Shown here in pieces: positions 1 through 13,100 of a stretch of DNA of 64,000 nt; within the stretch, counting starts at the first letter, position 1; every line of letters begins with the position of its first letter. Below the pieces are notes generated by a model, which was not told the DNA's origin, did no database searches, and saw only the letters and a program-made list of their open reading frames with translations. The position numbers were made by a program, and so were the translations under genes. This DNA is from Chlorokybus atmophyticus (lineage: Eukaryota > Plantae > Mesostigma and Chlorokybus algae). The DNA is taken from positions 1,760,846-1,824,845 of the forward strand of contig RHPI01002069.1 in NCBI GenBank assembly GCA_009103225.1, written 5' to 3'.

Positions 1-260
1 ACCTACTGTAACATGACAACACGTGAATGAGCAGGGCACACCCTTGTCAATGCCAAGCAGCAACGAAAACCTCTAGGCGTTGGGAGCTCCTTGCAATCGC
101 ATCAGCTAGCTGGATTGATTGCACGTGTTTGCGACCCAGTACAATCTACCATTGAGTGTCAGCAAGACCGATTGACCGTGCCAAGTCTGAAGCGCTCAGT
201 GACGCTATGGGCAAATGACATAGATCAAACTAACCTCTCATATGCAGTCTTGCAATGCTG

Positions 261-288
261 CCCCCCCCCCCCCCCCCCCCCCCCCCCN
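261..288. repeat. Poly-C homopolymer ending in an N
   Basis: 27 C followed by N; the length is probably unreliable. Confidence 0.9.
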
Positions 289-459
289 GGATCGAACACT
301 CACACGATGCACGCTACTGCCATATCACTGGATGTGCCGAACGCATACGACATTGCACACAACATTTATCACTAACAAAACACGCGCTGCACATAAACAA
401 GGTGTTTATGCGACGCAAACGCAAAGGAGGTTGCTACTGCTATGTGACCACTGCGAAGA

Positions 460-2701
460 TCAGCGCTTTCCTTTCGGTTTAGCTGCGCCCTGTTTTCTTT
501 GCTCCTTCTTGGCAATACCCGCCTTGCCTTTATTCACACCCAGGGGGTTGGCTTTCCCCCCTTTGCCTTTGGCACCTTTCCCCGCAGGCTTTCCTGCTCC
601 TCCTCCCGTTTTCTTGTTTGCCTTCGCTCGCCGTTGCTCCGACTCCACGTTGTATGTTGACACGGCCTAAATTGCACAACTGGTGTCATGCGTGGTGCAC
701 ACGATGACAACTACAGCCAATGCGAGTCACAATGTAGCTCATGGTCAACATTCATACCAGAAGCACAGGCCTGAGTGCGCGAGCACGTAAACTGATGCAT
801 GCCAACAGCAAAAGACATGTGCAAATTTCTTAAGCACATACATGCGGCTCTGTTGACACACTTATCTGCAACGCATCACTTTACCTTGTTGATGTCAAGG
901 ATGTCCGAGCTGTTCTTGGCAAGCACCGAGTCCACAAAACTCAGCATGCGCTTGCTCTCTTCTCCTCGCGCCGTCCTCGGCTCCACAGTGGGCGCAAACT
1001 GTGCAGCAGGTATAGAGATGTCACAACTCAACAACTCACTTTGTTTATTCGCACACACTCCTTGATAATCGCGAAATAGTGCTCGTCGCAAGCGCATAAA
1101 GCAATGCTCGAGTGCCACACAAGCGCACATGTGTGTTTAGCTGCAACAGATACCTTCCGCCTTTTGCCTTTTTGCGCCAAGTCTGGCCGCTCACCGGGCA
1201 GCTTCTTATCAAACTTGCCTCCGCTGGCTGTGGCGGAGGCGGCAATGGACGCCGCCTGCGCCAGCTGTCGCTTATCATGCTTTATCCTACCGGGCTCGGC
1301 TTTGGGCATGCCTCGCTCCACTGGGATGTGTGATGTCAAAGCGATAGTGCTGGCAAAGAGAAAGTCAGACAGTGTCAAAAGCACACTCTAATGTTGCACA
1401 CCCACCTTGGAAGTGCTGATCTGCCATTGGCTTTTGCAGCAGCTTTGACATTGCCCAACTGCTGGGCTTGGTTCTTCGCCACTCGAGCTTTCTTGTCAAC
1501 ACGCATTTTTGAGAACGGATCTTCACCAGGAACTGCAATGAAAACATGAGTGAGCACGCAGTCTGTGTTTGTGCAAGATGGTCAACCTTGCGTTCATACA
1601 GCTCTGCTTGACTGCTATTTGGTTATGTGAAGCAGCAGTAAAACTTGCTCAGTACCATCAGAGGCTTTCGCTTCAATGTATGGAATTTCCTGTTCATCGT
1701 TGACCCGCTTGTAGCCGTATCGTCTCCTCCACTCTGCTGCCTTCTCATCGTACTCAAGTTTGCTCCGCTTCCGCTTCACTATACCTTTCTCCTTTGCAAA
1801 GCGCTCCCACCTGCACAAACCCCACAGCTAAGCATATAGTGCACCGTGCGCGTTACTGTTGGCACACCATATGCTCATCTGTTAATGTGTGTACTTACTT
1901 GGTGGGAGGTTTGGGCCTTGGCAGAGGCTTATGTCTGGGAAGTGGAAACGTGGGAGCAGGCAGCTCGACCATGCGGCCTCCAACATCCACAGGCCGCGAA
2001 GGCAACGCGAACAGCTTAGCCACCAGAGTCTATTTGCAAAGACATGTATTATGACCACTCGAATGGCCCTTACACAACCTAACGATGTGCATGCTTACTG
2101 CGTGCACACTACTACTGCTCACACGAACAGTGGCTCACCTGCAGGACAGAGCGGGCATGTGACAAGCATGCTGCTTCAACGTCCGACCTGTTACACGCAG
2201 TCCCACATCAACTATACGAGAATACACGTATGCAGTACATTTCCTTGCACAACAGCATGTGGAGCAAAGGACAATTGCTCTGGTTACCAGACATGATGTT
2301 TGACGACCAAGCATGAGAAAAGGGAGTTGCTATGCGCATGATGAACTTCTTCATGCCAATTGCCATTTTCGTGAGAAGCATTCCACTTTGCAATGTGAGG
2401 ATAATCATGCTTGTGAAGAAGTGCTTACTTTGGGCCAAACAAGGCGGGGTCAAGGGGGCTTGGGTCAGACACCAGCAGGTTGCCGAGGTCAACCTCCAAC
2501 GGACCCTCAAAAGCGCCTCTACAATCATACGCATCAAATGTCAAACAAACTGTCAGCAGCTTTCCCCAATTCCAACGCATGCACAAGATCAAACCCCTCT
2601 CACAGGCTACTGTGAGGCTTCGTCCCAAGCAACTCCTCCGTGGCTTTAAGCGGCGCAACGGCCGCACCACCCTCCCCGCCAACGCCTTCCATGTCTACCA
2701 T
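460..2701 (-). CDS. RRS1: Ribosome biogenesis regulatory protein RRS1 (multi-exon)
   Basis: Exons translate to [30 protein letters not shown]...[37 protein letters not shown]...[29 protein letters not shown] and [15 protein letters not shown], ending in a Lys/Gly-rich tail with the stop at 460. ATG placed at 2701 (MVDMEG...). Confidence 0.9.
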
Positions 2702-2782
2702 GTGTTTTCACGCCCAGTAGCACCCAGCTGACCCACAAAAAACACTCCGCCAGCCACCACGCCGCTCACGAAGCCTCTACTC

Positions 2783-2813
<31 letters not shown>

Positions 2814-3065
2814 TACCAGCTGGATCAGTGATCTCGTTTGGCTGTTCGCTGAACAACAGAAGCATGAGCCATAAAACTGAACATAAGTGAAGCCATGAAC
2901 CCATGCGAGAGCTAAGCCAAGGTGTTCACTGCGTACTGTGAAACGTGTTCAATCGTGTTCAATCGTGTTCACTAGTAGCACTGAACCGTTGAATTAGGGC
3001 TTGGGCAGCGGCAGCAGCGGTGGGGGTGGTGGCGGCGGGAGGGGTGTGGGGTTGGTGGGCGGGCG
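2783..3065. promoter_or_regulatory. Bidirectional promoter region between RRS1 and RCD1
   Basis: Only 364 bp separate the two starts. (CCG)n at 2783-2813 and a GGC/GGT-rich tract at 3004-3065 flank a core with four GTGTTCA copies (2922, 2945, 2955, 2965). Confidence 0.6.
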
Positions 3066-5408
3066 ATGACGCCGGAGCAGCTTGTGCTTGACCTCATCAA
3101 CCCCGAAACGCGGGAAAACGCTCTCTTGGATCTCAGCAAGGTGCTGGCTACAGCAGCTGCTATTCATTGCGTTTGGTTAGGCAGACTTGTTTGTTTGCGT
3201 TGGAGGGCTTCCGTTGATGTTGCAATATCCATAAGAAAATACCACTCCCTTTGCTAGCAGTTAGCTCAGAGCATTTGCTCCTGTTTTCTTGCAAAAACTA
3301 CCTTCGTGTTCATGTACTTTGTCGCGTGTGCTTGTTCGTGAGTTATGTGTACAATCCATGCAGCGACTGCAGATTCGTAAAGCTTATTCGTTAGTTATTG
3401 TTTTCTCATTGTGATTCTTTCTCCTTGCATCACTCGGGCAATCTTGCGCGAGCTAACGGTGTGCGTAAAAGGCTAACAGTGGACTGCTATTGAGACGTTG
3501 TTGATTTATTTACAGAAGCGGGAGGCGTTTCCGGATTTGGCGCCAATTCTTTGGCACTCTGTTGGCACCATCTCTGCACTTCTGCAGGTGCTGCATGCAT
3601 TATTGAACTGCTGTTCAGACATGCATCGCTTGAGTTCTGCATGGTCATGTAGTTGAGAATCCATGCATAGGCATTATACCCACGCACGCATTATGATGAC
3701 TCGCCTATCTTAGTATATCATTCAGTTTGATTGATGACCAATGGGGCTGAGTGTTCCTGTTTGGTCACGCGCAGGAGATTGTGTCAATATATCCGCTACT
3801 GTCGCCTCCTTCTCTCACAGCGCATGCTTCGAATAGAGTCTGCAATGCTCTCGCCTTGCTGCAGGTGCGCTGCAACCTTGTATGACATACCACTCAATGT
3901 ATATACAGCGTATGCCATGCTGTTGTTCACATGAAGGGTTTCGCATTTGGACACCAACCTCTAGATGCATAAATTTATATCATACATGTGTCGTGTTGTC
4001 GTTTAGTCCTGCACTTGCGTGGGTGCGTGCATGTCTGTGTATGTGCGCTCGTAGTGCTGAATTTGTCAACTCAGACTGTTGATTTACCGCAGTGTGTTGC
4101 ATCGCATCAGGAGACGCGCGGCTTGTTTCTTAACGGTGAGTCACATGCAGCTGTGCTGTGATGCTTCTCTTAGCAAGTGCTATGCAGTCTGTCGCTGCAT
4201 GTTCGGTAAGTAGGCTTAACGCAGTCATGTGTTCACAGCACACGTGCCACTCTTTTTGTACCCCTTCCTGAATACTGTCAGCAAGACTAGGCCCTTCGAG
4301 TATCTGCGGCTCACCAGCCTCGGTGTTATTGGCGCTCTAGTCAAGGTGTGTGTCTCTTGTGCAGAATGCTTTTGTACAGCCTATTTTGTATGCATCACTT
4401 ATATGGATATCAGACTGGGTATCATGTTCTGAATTTCAACGAGTTCAACGAGTGTTGAGGCATTGTTTATGTGGTTCAGGTTGATGATACCGATGTCATC
4501 AATTTTCTCCTGTCGACTGAGATCATTCCGCTATGTTTGCGAACAATGGAGATGGGCAGCGAGTTGTCCAAGACGGTCAGCGCATACTTAACTGGCTGCT
4601 CGTTGGCGTAGTGGAATGCAGCATTGCTGTCATACTCAAACATGACACTGAGGAGGTGTGCTGCAGGTGGCTACATTCATCGTGCAGAAAATCCTGCTCG
4701 ACGAGGTGTGTGTCTCGTTGTTCCAATGCTGATCACATTGCGATGCCACATTTACACTTGCACCGACACATTTGTCAAGCAGGTTGGTCTGAACTACATT
4801 TGCGCAACTGCGGAGCGCTTCTTCGCCGTTGGAGCTGTTTTGGGAAGCATGGTGTGTAGTGTGTTGTGTCACTCAGCTTGCATCACGCATGCTCAACTGG
4901 CAATTGGGTAACATCAAATTGATGCCTGTTAAGGATAGCTCTGAGCTGGCAGAGCAGACTGACTTGTTGATGTCACGGATAGGTCTCTATGCTGGCAGAG
5001 CAGCCGTCAGTCAGGCTGTTGAAGCACATAATAAGGTGTTACCTCAGACTATCCGACAATCCACGGTGCGCATCGGTTTGAGTCTGGGTTCTTGTATCTT
5101 GCATCTTGAGTGCATGCATGCTGATTGAGTCTGGGCGCAGAGCGCGCGAGGCCTTGCGGCAGTGTTTGCCGGACCTGTTGAGAGACCCCAACTTTACCGC
5201 TTGCTTGAAGGTATGCACAACCATGCAGCCTCAAGGGAGCTATCCTTGTGTTCTTAGCCATGAACAGGCATTGATTTTCAGGAATGCATTGCAGGATGAT
5301 GTGACGACGCGGAGATGGCTGGCGCAGTTGTTGATAAATGTTGGGCAGATGGGCCCGGGGGGCGGTGCTGGCGGCCTCTCTGGCCCGCCTCAACAGCCTC
5401 CATCTTGA
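3066..5408 (+). CDS. RCD1: CCR4-NOT subunit 9 / cell differentiation protein RCD1 (multi-exon)
   Basis: [137 protein letters not shown] are all diagnostic CNOT9 segments with GT-AG junctions. Confidence 0.95.
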
Positions 5409-7103
5409 TGCCCGCTACCGGTGTAGCCGCTGTACATCTATGCCAAATAATTGTTGGCACACAGGGCTGGTTGCGCATCTGCCTGGCAGGCACGCCTTGA
5501 AGCCGCACCGCCCAGGCTTGTAGTCGTTCTGTACCTCTTACCTTATTGACTTGTATGTGGTTTAGAACGTGTTTATAGCGCAGCACCTTTGTACAAGTAG
5601 AGTTGGTTCGTTGAAGGAAGTACTCCCAGCAAGCACCCAAGCGCTGGCTTGAACTGAGATGTGTCGGTCATTGGTTGGGTAGCTTGTATACTACTGTATC
5701 TAGGTACTGCCAGCAACGTACTGATATGATAGGGAACTGCGCGTGGGACTGCTACAAAGGTGGCAGCAAGCTGCTTAGGCCAGTTCCAGCACAAGTTAAA
5801 GATGGGAGAGCTGGTGTTGCCCTGAAAAGCATGTGCTTTGCATCACTTCCATCCTGTGTACAAAAAAACGGCGAGGGAATTCACTGCGTGCAACATATAC
5901 CATAGCAGGCACAACACAGCGCCGCCAGCAGCTGCATGCCACTAGCGCCACACGCAACATGACAATCACACATAAGCACCTTTAATACAACGACCGGGCT
6001 GAACTGTGTTCACCTACTTCCACATTTACTCTACCACTACAACTACCCCACCCTGTCAGTCATGCATGCATGCAATCCTCAGAGGCATTCACCTGCACAT
6101 CGCCGTTGGCGTTAGTGCTGGTATCACCACCACCGGTTGTCACAACGACCAGCTGACTCCCCTCACCGCCTCTCTCCCACCCTCCACCACCGTCATCTCT
6201 TCCAACATCACAGCCGTCGCTGCCGACTGTCGTTTGCATTGTGTACATACACCAAGACATCAATGCAGCATGCATGGTGATGCTTTGCATACAATGACAT
6301 GCTCCCGCAGACAGTGGCACACCTGTCCTGGAAAACAGCGAGGTGAACGCATATGCATGTGCGTGCTTGCATGGCTAACGGGGTAGTAGGGATAGTGTAG
6401 TGTGTTAGGTGTAATAGATGAGCCCGGTGGTAAACGTTACAATGGTGTAGTTTGTGTGCGTATTGTCACTGTGCATGCTGTTGACTATGCATGCCACTAT
6501 GAATGTATCATACTGCTTCGCATGTTTGTACATACACGCCCACACAGTCACCTCACATTCACATGCTGTGTATAATATAGTATGCAAGGATTGTGTACAG
6601 AAAATCGACGCTAGACGCTATTGTGTGTAGAGGAGGGGGGGGGGGTAAAACGGCAAGGCCAAGGTCAGGGGAGGCACAGAGAGTGGCTTGCCGTGCCTTA
6701 CTTGCATTCTGTTGTGCAGCAGCTTCCACCAAACGATGCACGACCACAGCCAAGAAGGTGAACCTTGTTCGTGTAACGGACCTAGTACAGTGAGTAAACT
6801 GATAGAAGAGTATGTCCCAATGACTTGCACAGGCTTTGCATCAGCAACACATGGACAGTCTAGGCACATGCTTGATTGCCGCAAGTCCCGGCCATTGCGG
6901 GCTCATTTATAAAGCGGTGAGCAAAGCTATATCATAAACAACATGAGCAAGGCTGACAAGCAACAAGCAGGTCAGCACACCATTGAGCAGTACTGCTGTT
7001 TGAAACCAGCTCTTGCGGAAATCAATAAAAGCTCCCAGCCTCAAGCAGGCAGTCACATCAACAGGCAGCAACACGCAACCCAGTACTAGCTGTACGTGCA
7101 ATG

Positions 7104-10100
7104 CTATCGCCGAGGTCCGCCGAAGGCATCGGGAGGTGGGGATCTGTTTGAACTGCTTTGAGCGGCACTGCCAAAGGCGCCAAACCCACTGGGCTTGCTG
7201 GCCGCAGCAAAGCCCCCGAATCCGCCCCCTGTGGCGAATGCACCGAAGCCAGCAGAAGTTTGCCCGCTGTACGATGCAAATGCGGCTCCAGCGGGCGGAG
7301 CTGCAGATGCAGCACCACCGAATGAAACTGGAGGTACAAGGGCTGCCGCCTGGCCGAACCCAGCTCCCGGCTGCACCGATTGACCAAAAGCTTGTGGTGC
7401 TGCTGCCTGACCAAAACCAGATGGTTGACCGAATGCTGACGGCTGTCCAAAGCTGCTGGCTGGGGCGCCAAAGGCAGGCGCAGACTGAGTGCCAAAGCCA
7501 AAAGTTGAACTGCTGCTTTGTCCTGCTCCAAACACAGATCCAGTGGAACCAAAGCCCTGGCTGGTTGGCGCCAGCTGCAAATGGACAACCACATGTCTCC
7601 AGTCAGTACATGAATTTTCAATACACATAGCGTTGCCAGCTTCCAGTTAAGGTACCTGCGATGGGGCAAAAGCTGCGGGCTTGAGTGGTGGGGCAGGCAT
7701 CGACGGTGATGGTTTGGGGCTTTCATCCTCCTCCAGCTCCTCGTCCATCTCGTCCTCTTGGTCTGGTAGGGCCAGTGCACCCATGCCAAAGCCATCAGAT
7801 ACGGCAGGAGTGGCCGAGTTTGTCAGTGCACCTGCAGGGCGAAAGGTCAAGTGGCATGTCACAGTGCAGTATGCCGTGTAATACTGCGCACCTGCACCCA
7901 ATGACAACGGAGCAAGTGCTGGTTTCGCAAAAGGTGATGGGTTGGGTGCTGGGGTTGATGGAGCAGTAGCAGTGGCAGCAGAACTAGGAGCGCCAAATGA
8001 TGAATGGGTGGGTGCTTGGGTTGATGAAGCAGCAGCAGTGCCAGCAAAACTAGCAGCGCCAAATGGTGATTGGGTTGCACTGACAGCAGCGAAAGGTGAT
8101 GAAAATGGTGAAGCTGCAATTGCAGGCTGGCCCCAGAGAGGCAGGGCAGGTTTGAAGGCATCCAGAGATGCGGCTGGCTTTGGTGGTGTTGATGGCTCTG
8201 CAGCAGGCTTGAAGGGCGATTCTGTAGCAAATGCAGTGGCTGCCTTCTGTGGTGTCGACGGCTCAGTAGCAGCTGGCGACCAAGCCGGCTTGCGAGGTGA
8301 TTCTGCAGCACTCGCTGTGAAAGGACTGGGTGCAACTGAAGGAGCAGGCTGAGATGCATGTGAAGTAACCGGTGATGGCGAGCTTGCAGCTGCAGTCGCT
8401 GCAGGTGTGCTGATGGTAGCGGGTGCAGTCGTAACAGGTGTTGTTGCGACTGCAGCACTTGTTGACGAAGCGATCAAAGCAGCCTCGGTGTTTGCAATTG
8501 CAGGTGCAACTGAGGGTGTAGTTACAGGAATAATTGCAGTGGCAGCCGGGGCTTCTGTGGCTGTGGAGGCAGGCGCAGATGGTGCTGTTTCTGTTGCGGG
8601 TGATGGTTGCGAAAAAGGTGTCCCAGCGCCAAACAAAGGTGGTGATGCAGTTGTAGCCTTGGGCGGGGTGGATGGCGCTGCCGCACCAGATGAGGTTGCT
8701 GGTACCCCAGTCGCAAATGCAGTCGCAGCTGTGGGAGTTGCTGCGGGGAAAGCCATGGCAGCGCCATAAGAAAATGGTGATGCTGTGATCGCCGTTGCAG
8801 GCTTGGCTGGACGTTTAACAGCATCAGGCGACTGCATGGATGATGCAGTTGCCGACGTCTGTACAGCTGTTGTTGAAGTTGGCGTGGGCTCGGGAAGTGC
8901 TGCTGGCGCAGTTGTGGGAGGGGTTGCGGGCGTTACTGCTGCAAATGAGAGCCCTCCCCGAGCACTTGCAGGCATTGTCCAAGCACTTTGCGCTGCAGAG
9001 AACATCGAACGAGCTGCTGGTGGAGGCGCTTGCTGAAAAGCATGAAACACGCCGGGGCCTTTACGTGGAACTTGGCGATCTGCTTCTGACTCCTCCTCTG
9101 TTTCGTCTGATTGCTGTGATGCGGCCGGAGGAGGGGCTCGCGCTTCAATGTGGAAGATGCTTGGACCCTTTCGCTGAGCTCGGCTCTGTTCTTCTGAGAC
9201 CTCTGATTCATCCGTTTCCTCATCAAAGTGGGAGCGTCTTGCGTTGAATGCCGCAGGCGGTATCAAGCCTGGAGCCGGAAATGCCGCAGTACCTGGCTGG
9301 CCAAATGCTGGTAACATTTGTGGCGGCTTGTTGTTTGTGGTTACAGCAGGCGGGCATTGAAAAGTGAATGGTGCCGCAGGCCCTGTTACAATGAGTTCTG
9401 CACGTGGCGTGTCCTGCACGGCGAGAGGCTTTGCAGAAGGAAAAGTGAATGCTGGCTGTGCACTTGGTGCCGGGCCAGCTGCCTGTGGCTTGCTGCCAGC
9501 CGAAACTGTAGCTGGAGCTTGTGAGAAGGGGAATGGTTGGGCGTGATTCTGAGCAGCAGTAGAACCAGGCCTTTCTACTGTTGATGTTGCCGAGGGCCAA
9601 CTTGGCTGGCCCGGTGCCGGTGCAAAGCGAGAGGGTGCATGTGTGCGTGAGGGTGCAGAAGAGGCTGGTGACATCGGCCTAGCTTGAGGTGGAGGAGGAC
9701 GTGCAGCTGAAGACTGCTGGGCTGGAGGCTGCGGTGCAGGGCGCTCTGCTGGTGGTGAAGTAGCCTCCAAGTCAGGCTGTTTGCTTGTTGCTGGCGGCGA
9801 CATGGCAGCATATGGTCTTGGTGTGCTTGCTGTAGCAGCCACTTCAATGGGTAATCTTGTTGCTTGCAGGAGCCTACGGAAGTCAAATATGAGACTGCGC
9901 CAATGCTGCGGGCTGCAATTTCTGAAACTGCACTGCTATGACAGGAATGCAACTTGCGATGTCACACACTCAGGAATGCAACCAGTAGTATGTGGTGACT
10001 GTAGGGGCATAGAGTTTGGTACATAGTACTGGCAAGCAGTGCATGAATCAACACCTGTCCATTGCTCGCTGTCGTCTCTGAGAGGTAGCAACGTCGACCC

Positions 10101-13100
10101 GAGGCGATGCTTCGTTCATAAACTCAGACTGCTGGAACTTGATGTACAGGCCCTTCTCTCTGTGCCTGCCGTGATGCAATGGGCCATCTGTTGCCGTTGG
10201 CTTTTGCAATGAGAAACTGCGCTGTCTGGTGAGCACACAACACAAGCTGTTAGCAAGGTGCTGCAGCACCGCTACAACAAACAGACATCTACACTGCGGT
10301 CAACCAAACTCACTTGGGCTCCAACCCCAGCTGCGCCATCAAACTGGCGAGATGCAAGGATTGATTGCGAGCCACCACAAGTTGAGTATTGACCGTGTTG
10401 TAAAGTGCTTGAATCCTCGCTGCTGGCGGCATGACTGCCGGACCTCCTTGTGAACGCTTCTGCCGCTGTGCAGCTTCCAGCTGCTCAACGTGTGCTTCAA
10501 CCTGCGAAGTCACATGCGTATTGACATCAAGCAACAGCTACACAGTGCAGAACATGTAATTCGTAAAACTATCACCTCGGATAAACGCATTTTCATAGCT
10601 TTGAAGGATTGGGTGGTGAACTGTCGCTGTGCAGCCAGAGAAGGCTCCAAGTCAGCCTTGCGTTCCAACTCCTCATGCTGTGGATCTGGAGTCCAAAGCA
10701 TGCGCACGTCTTCCACTTGAGAGATGTCCTGCACGACCTCAGTGGTTCACAAAATTGTTCATTTGACATGGAGAGTCAGCCGATACTGCAGACACAGCGC
10801 CACATTGCTGAGATCATGTCACCTGCATGATGTGCCCTTTGAGCTTGTGCACTTGATGCCGCATGTGCACCATTTTGTCCTGCAGTGTGTTTTTGTCTTG
10901 TGTCAAGCTGCGAACTAGTTGCATTGAAGCCTTCAGATCTGACAGCAACAATACAGCCGCCTTTGCACGGTTATCTTGAAGGATTGCGTCCTGATTCTCA
11001 CCCATCCCTCGTATTCTGTTCACTAGGTCATCTAGCTCAGTGCTAAGGAGGCGGACCTGCCAACCACAGCTCTGGACCAGTCAGGACAATGCACCCTTGA
11101 GTTACCTCATGAGCGCACTCGGGCTTGAGCAATGTGATTAGTTAGGGAAGGTATCTGCTGCACTCACCTGCTTCAAGGTTTCCTCAAACTCTGCTTCCAA
11201 TTCAGACACGGGCTCTGAAGCTTTCTGCGGAGGCTGCTCCTTGAGCCTGGCCTTGGTTGCAAGCTTAGGAGGCTGCTGTGTCTGCGGCATTGGAACAGAT
11301 GCTTCCTTGGACTTGGCAAAGGCAAAGGGCGCAGACTGAGGCGTTGATTGCGGCGCAACAGGAGGCGTTTGGGCAGGAGGTTGCGACGGATATCCACCGA
11401 AACCACCAAAAGGTGCAGGTGCTGGCGACTGACTGGGCAGTGCTCCCGGCCCAATTACACCAAAGGGAGATGGCTTGCCTCCTGCTGGAAGTGCAAAAGA
11501 GAAGGGCTGGGTCGAAGTTGACTTGGCGGGAAACTCCAGCGGTGGGCGCTTGACTAACTGTTCATCAGGCTTGGGTGCTGCCAAATCAGAATGTCAATCG
11601 CAGTGCATGCCACTGCTGTATGTGATATGGATAGGTGAGGGCGATGCAATGCACATGGGCTCTAGCCATAGTGGGCAGTTTGCGCTGTTAACGGCAGAAG
11701 GTAAAAACAATCTACCTGCAGGTGCTCCTAGCAAAGGCACATACGCAGCCGGGCTTTCCGGTTGTGCTGCCTTGGGTTCACTTGGACGCTGTATAGCTTC
11801 AGGCTTGCGCAACAGCTTGCTGCCATCAGGCGACGAGAATGAAAACAGACTCAACGTGCCGTCCTGCGCGATGGCAAGGAGCAATGGGGTTGGCTTCAAA
11901 AGTGTCTGCCCGCTTTTGTCTCTTGGGTCTTCTTCCTGGTACGACAGCGTAGGCAACATCAGAAAGCAAGTTGGGGGCTCGTCATCCTCCGTGACAGCTG
12001 ACACGTACTTGCAATTCTGTTTGCGTGTGGTCAATAGCCAACCCAACAACAAAGTTGTCCTCCTCCTCAGCGGTCATCTGTATCCGAGGGATGTAGTCTG
12101 CGTCCACCTCCAACCCATGCACATCACTGCCAAAGGCTACCAAGTTGATGTGGTCATCGGAGCTTTTGCGGTTGGCCACAACGGCCGTCTTCAATCCTAG
12201 AAATTGTGCCAATCAGCCTGTTTCAAAGTAGCCCTCAAAAACCGACAGAGGCACACCAGGCCTACCTGACACATAAATGGAGTGCAAGTAGGGTCCTGTA
12301 CCCGGTGGCATGCTTTGTGAATCTATGGATGGACACAGCCCCTCCAATGCCACCAGACGGGCAGCTTCTTTAGAAGTCGGTGTGGACAGAGGTGACTCTG
12401 ACTGCCATTGCATGAGGAAAGAGTTGACACTAAGCACACGCTGAGCTGCACAGTACTGAAACAGAGATACATGTCACACTTGAAGACTTACCTGCAGCAC
12501 AGCTAGAGGGCAGTTCATGTCTTCGGCATTGTCGTCCACAATTGAGGTCTCCACAGCGCCAATGAGCAGTCTGTTTGACTCGTGCCAGTACAACGAATCT
12601 ATGCGCACCTGTGTTGGTCAACATACGTATTATATAAGACATAGTAAGTAAGCTACAATGGAATGCATGCTCAGAGACCACATAAATTGCACCATTGTGT
12701 CTTCCTCACGATCCGCCCATTCTGGCAAGCAGAAGTCGTGAAGCGTGTTCAACTGCGGGCTGGCAATGGTGACAACATGTCTGCTGTGAGCGAATGCAAC
12801 AAAGCTGCCATCTGGCGACCAGGATGATGTCAGTACATCCGCTTTAGTGGCAGTTACACCTGCAACACACCAACATGTGCATCAGGGATGGCTGTCACCA
12901 AGTGAATATGGACACCTGCACTGCATTATCAAGGTCAATCAAACAGCTTTCTACCTTTTGCCACTGTGCCAACTTTTAAGACACCGCTGCCAGTGGTCAA
13001 CAAGAACTGCTCCGCAGCAATTGGATTCCAGCAGAACTCGCGAATGCTATTATTGCTCTCTGCTACCTCTAAAGTCGCGTAGGGCTCCTCACATTTCTCT

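Noticed and set aside
3693-3750. Box C (ATGATGA) and box D (CTGA) pair in an RCD1 intron, a possible C/D snoRNA
   Set aside because: The terminal stem is weak and no convincing rRNA-complementary guide was seen. It would need snoscan or Infernal support.
5075-5091. 17-bp match to the reverse complement of 60005-60021, both intronic
   Set aside because: About one 17-mer match is expected by chance in a 64 kb self-comparison.
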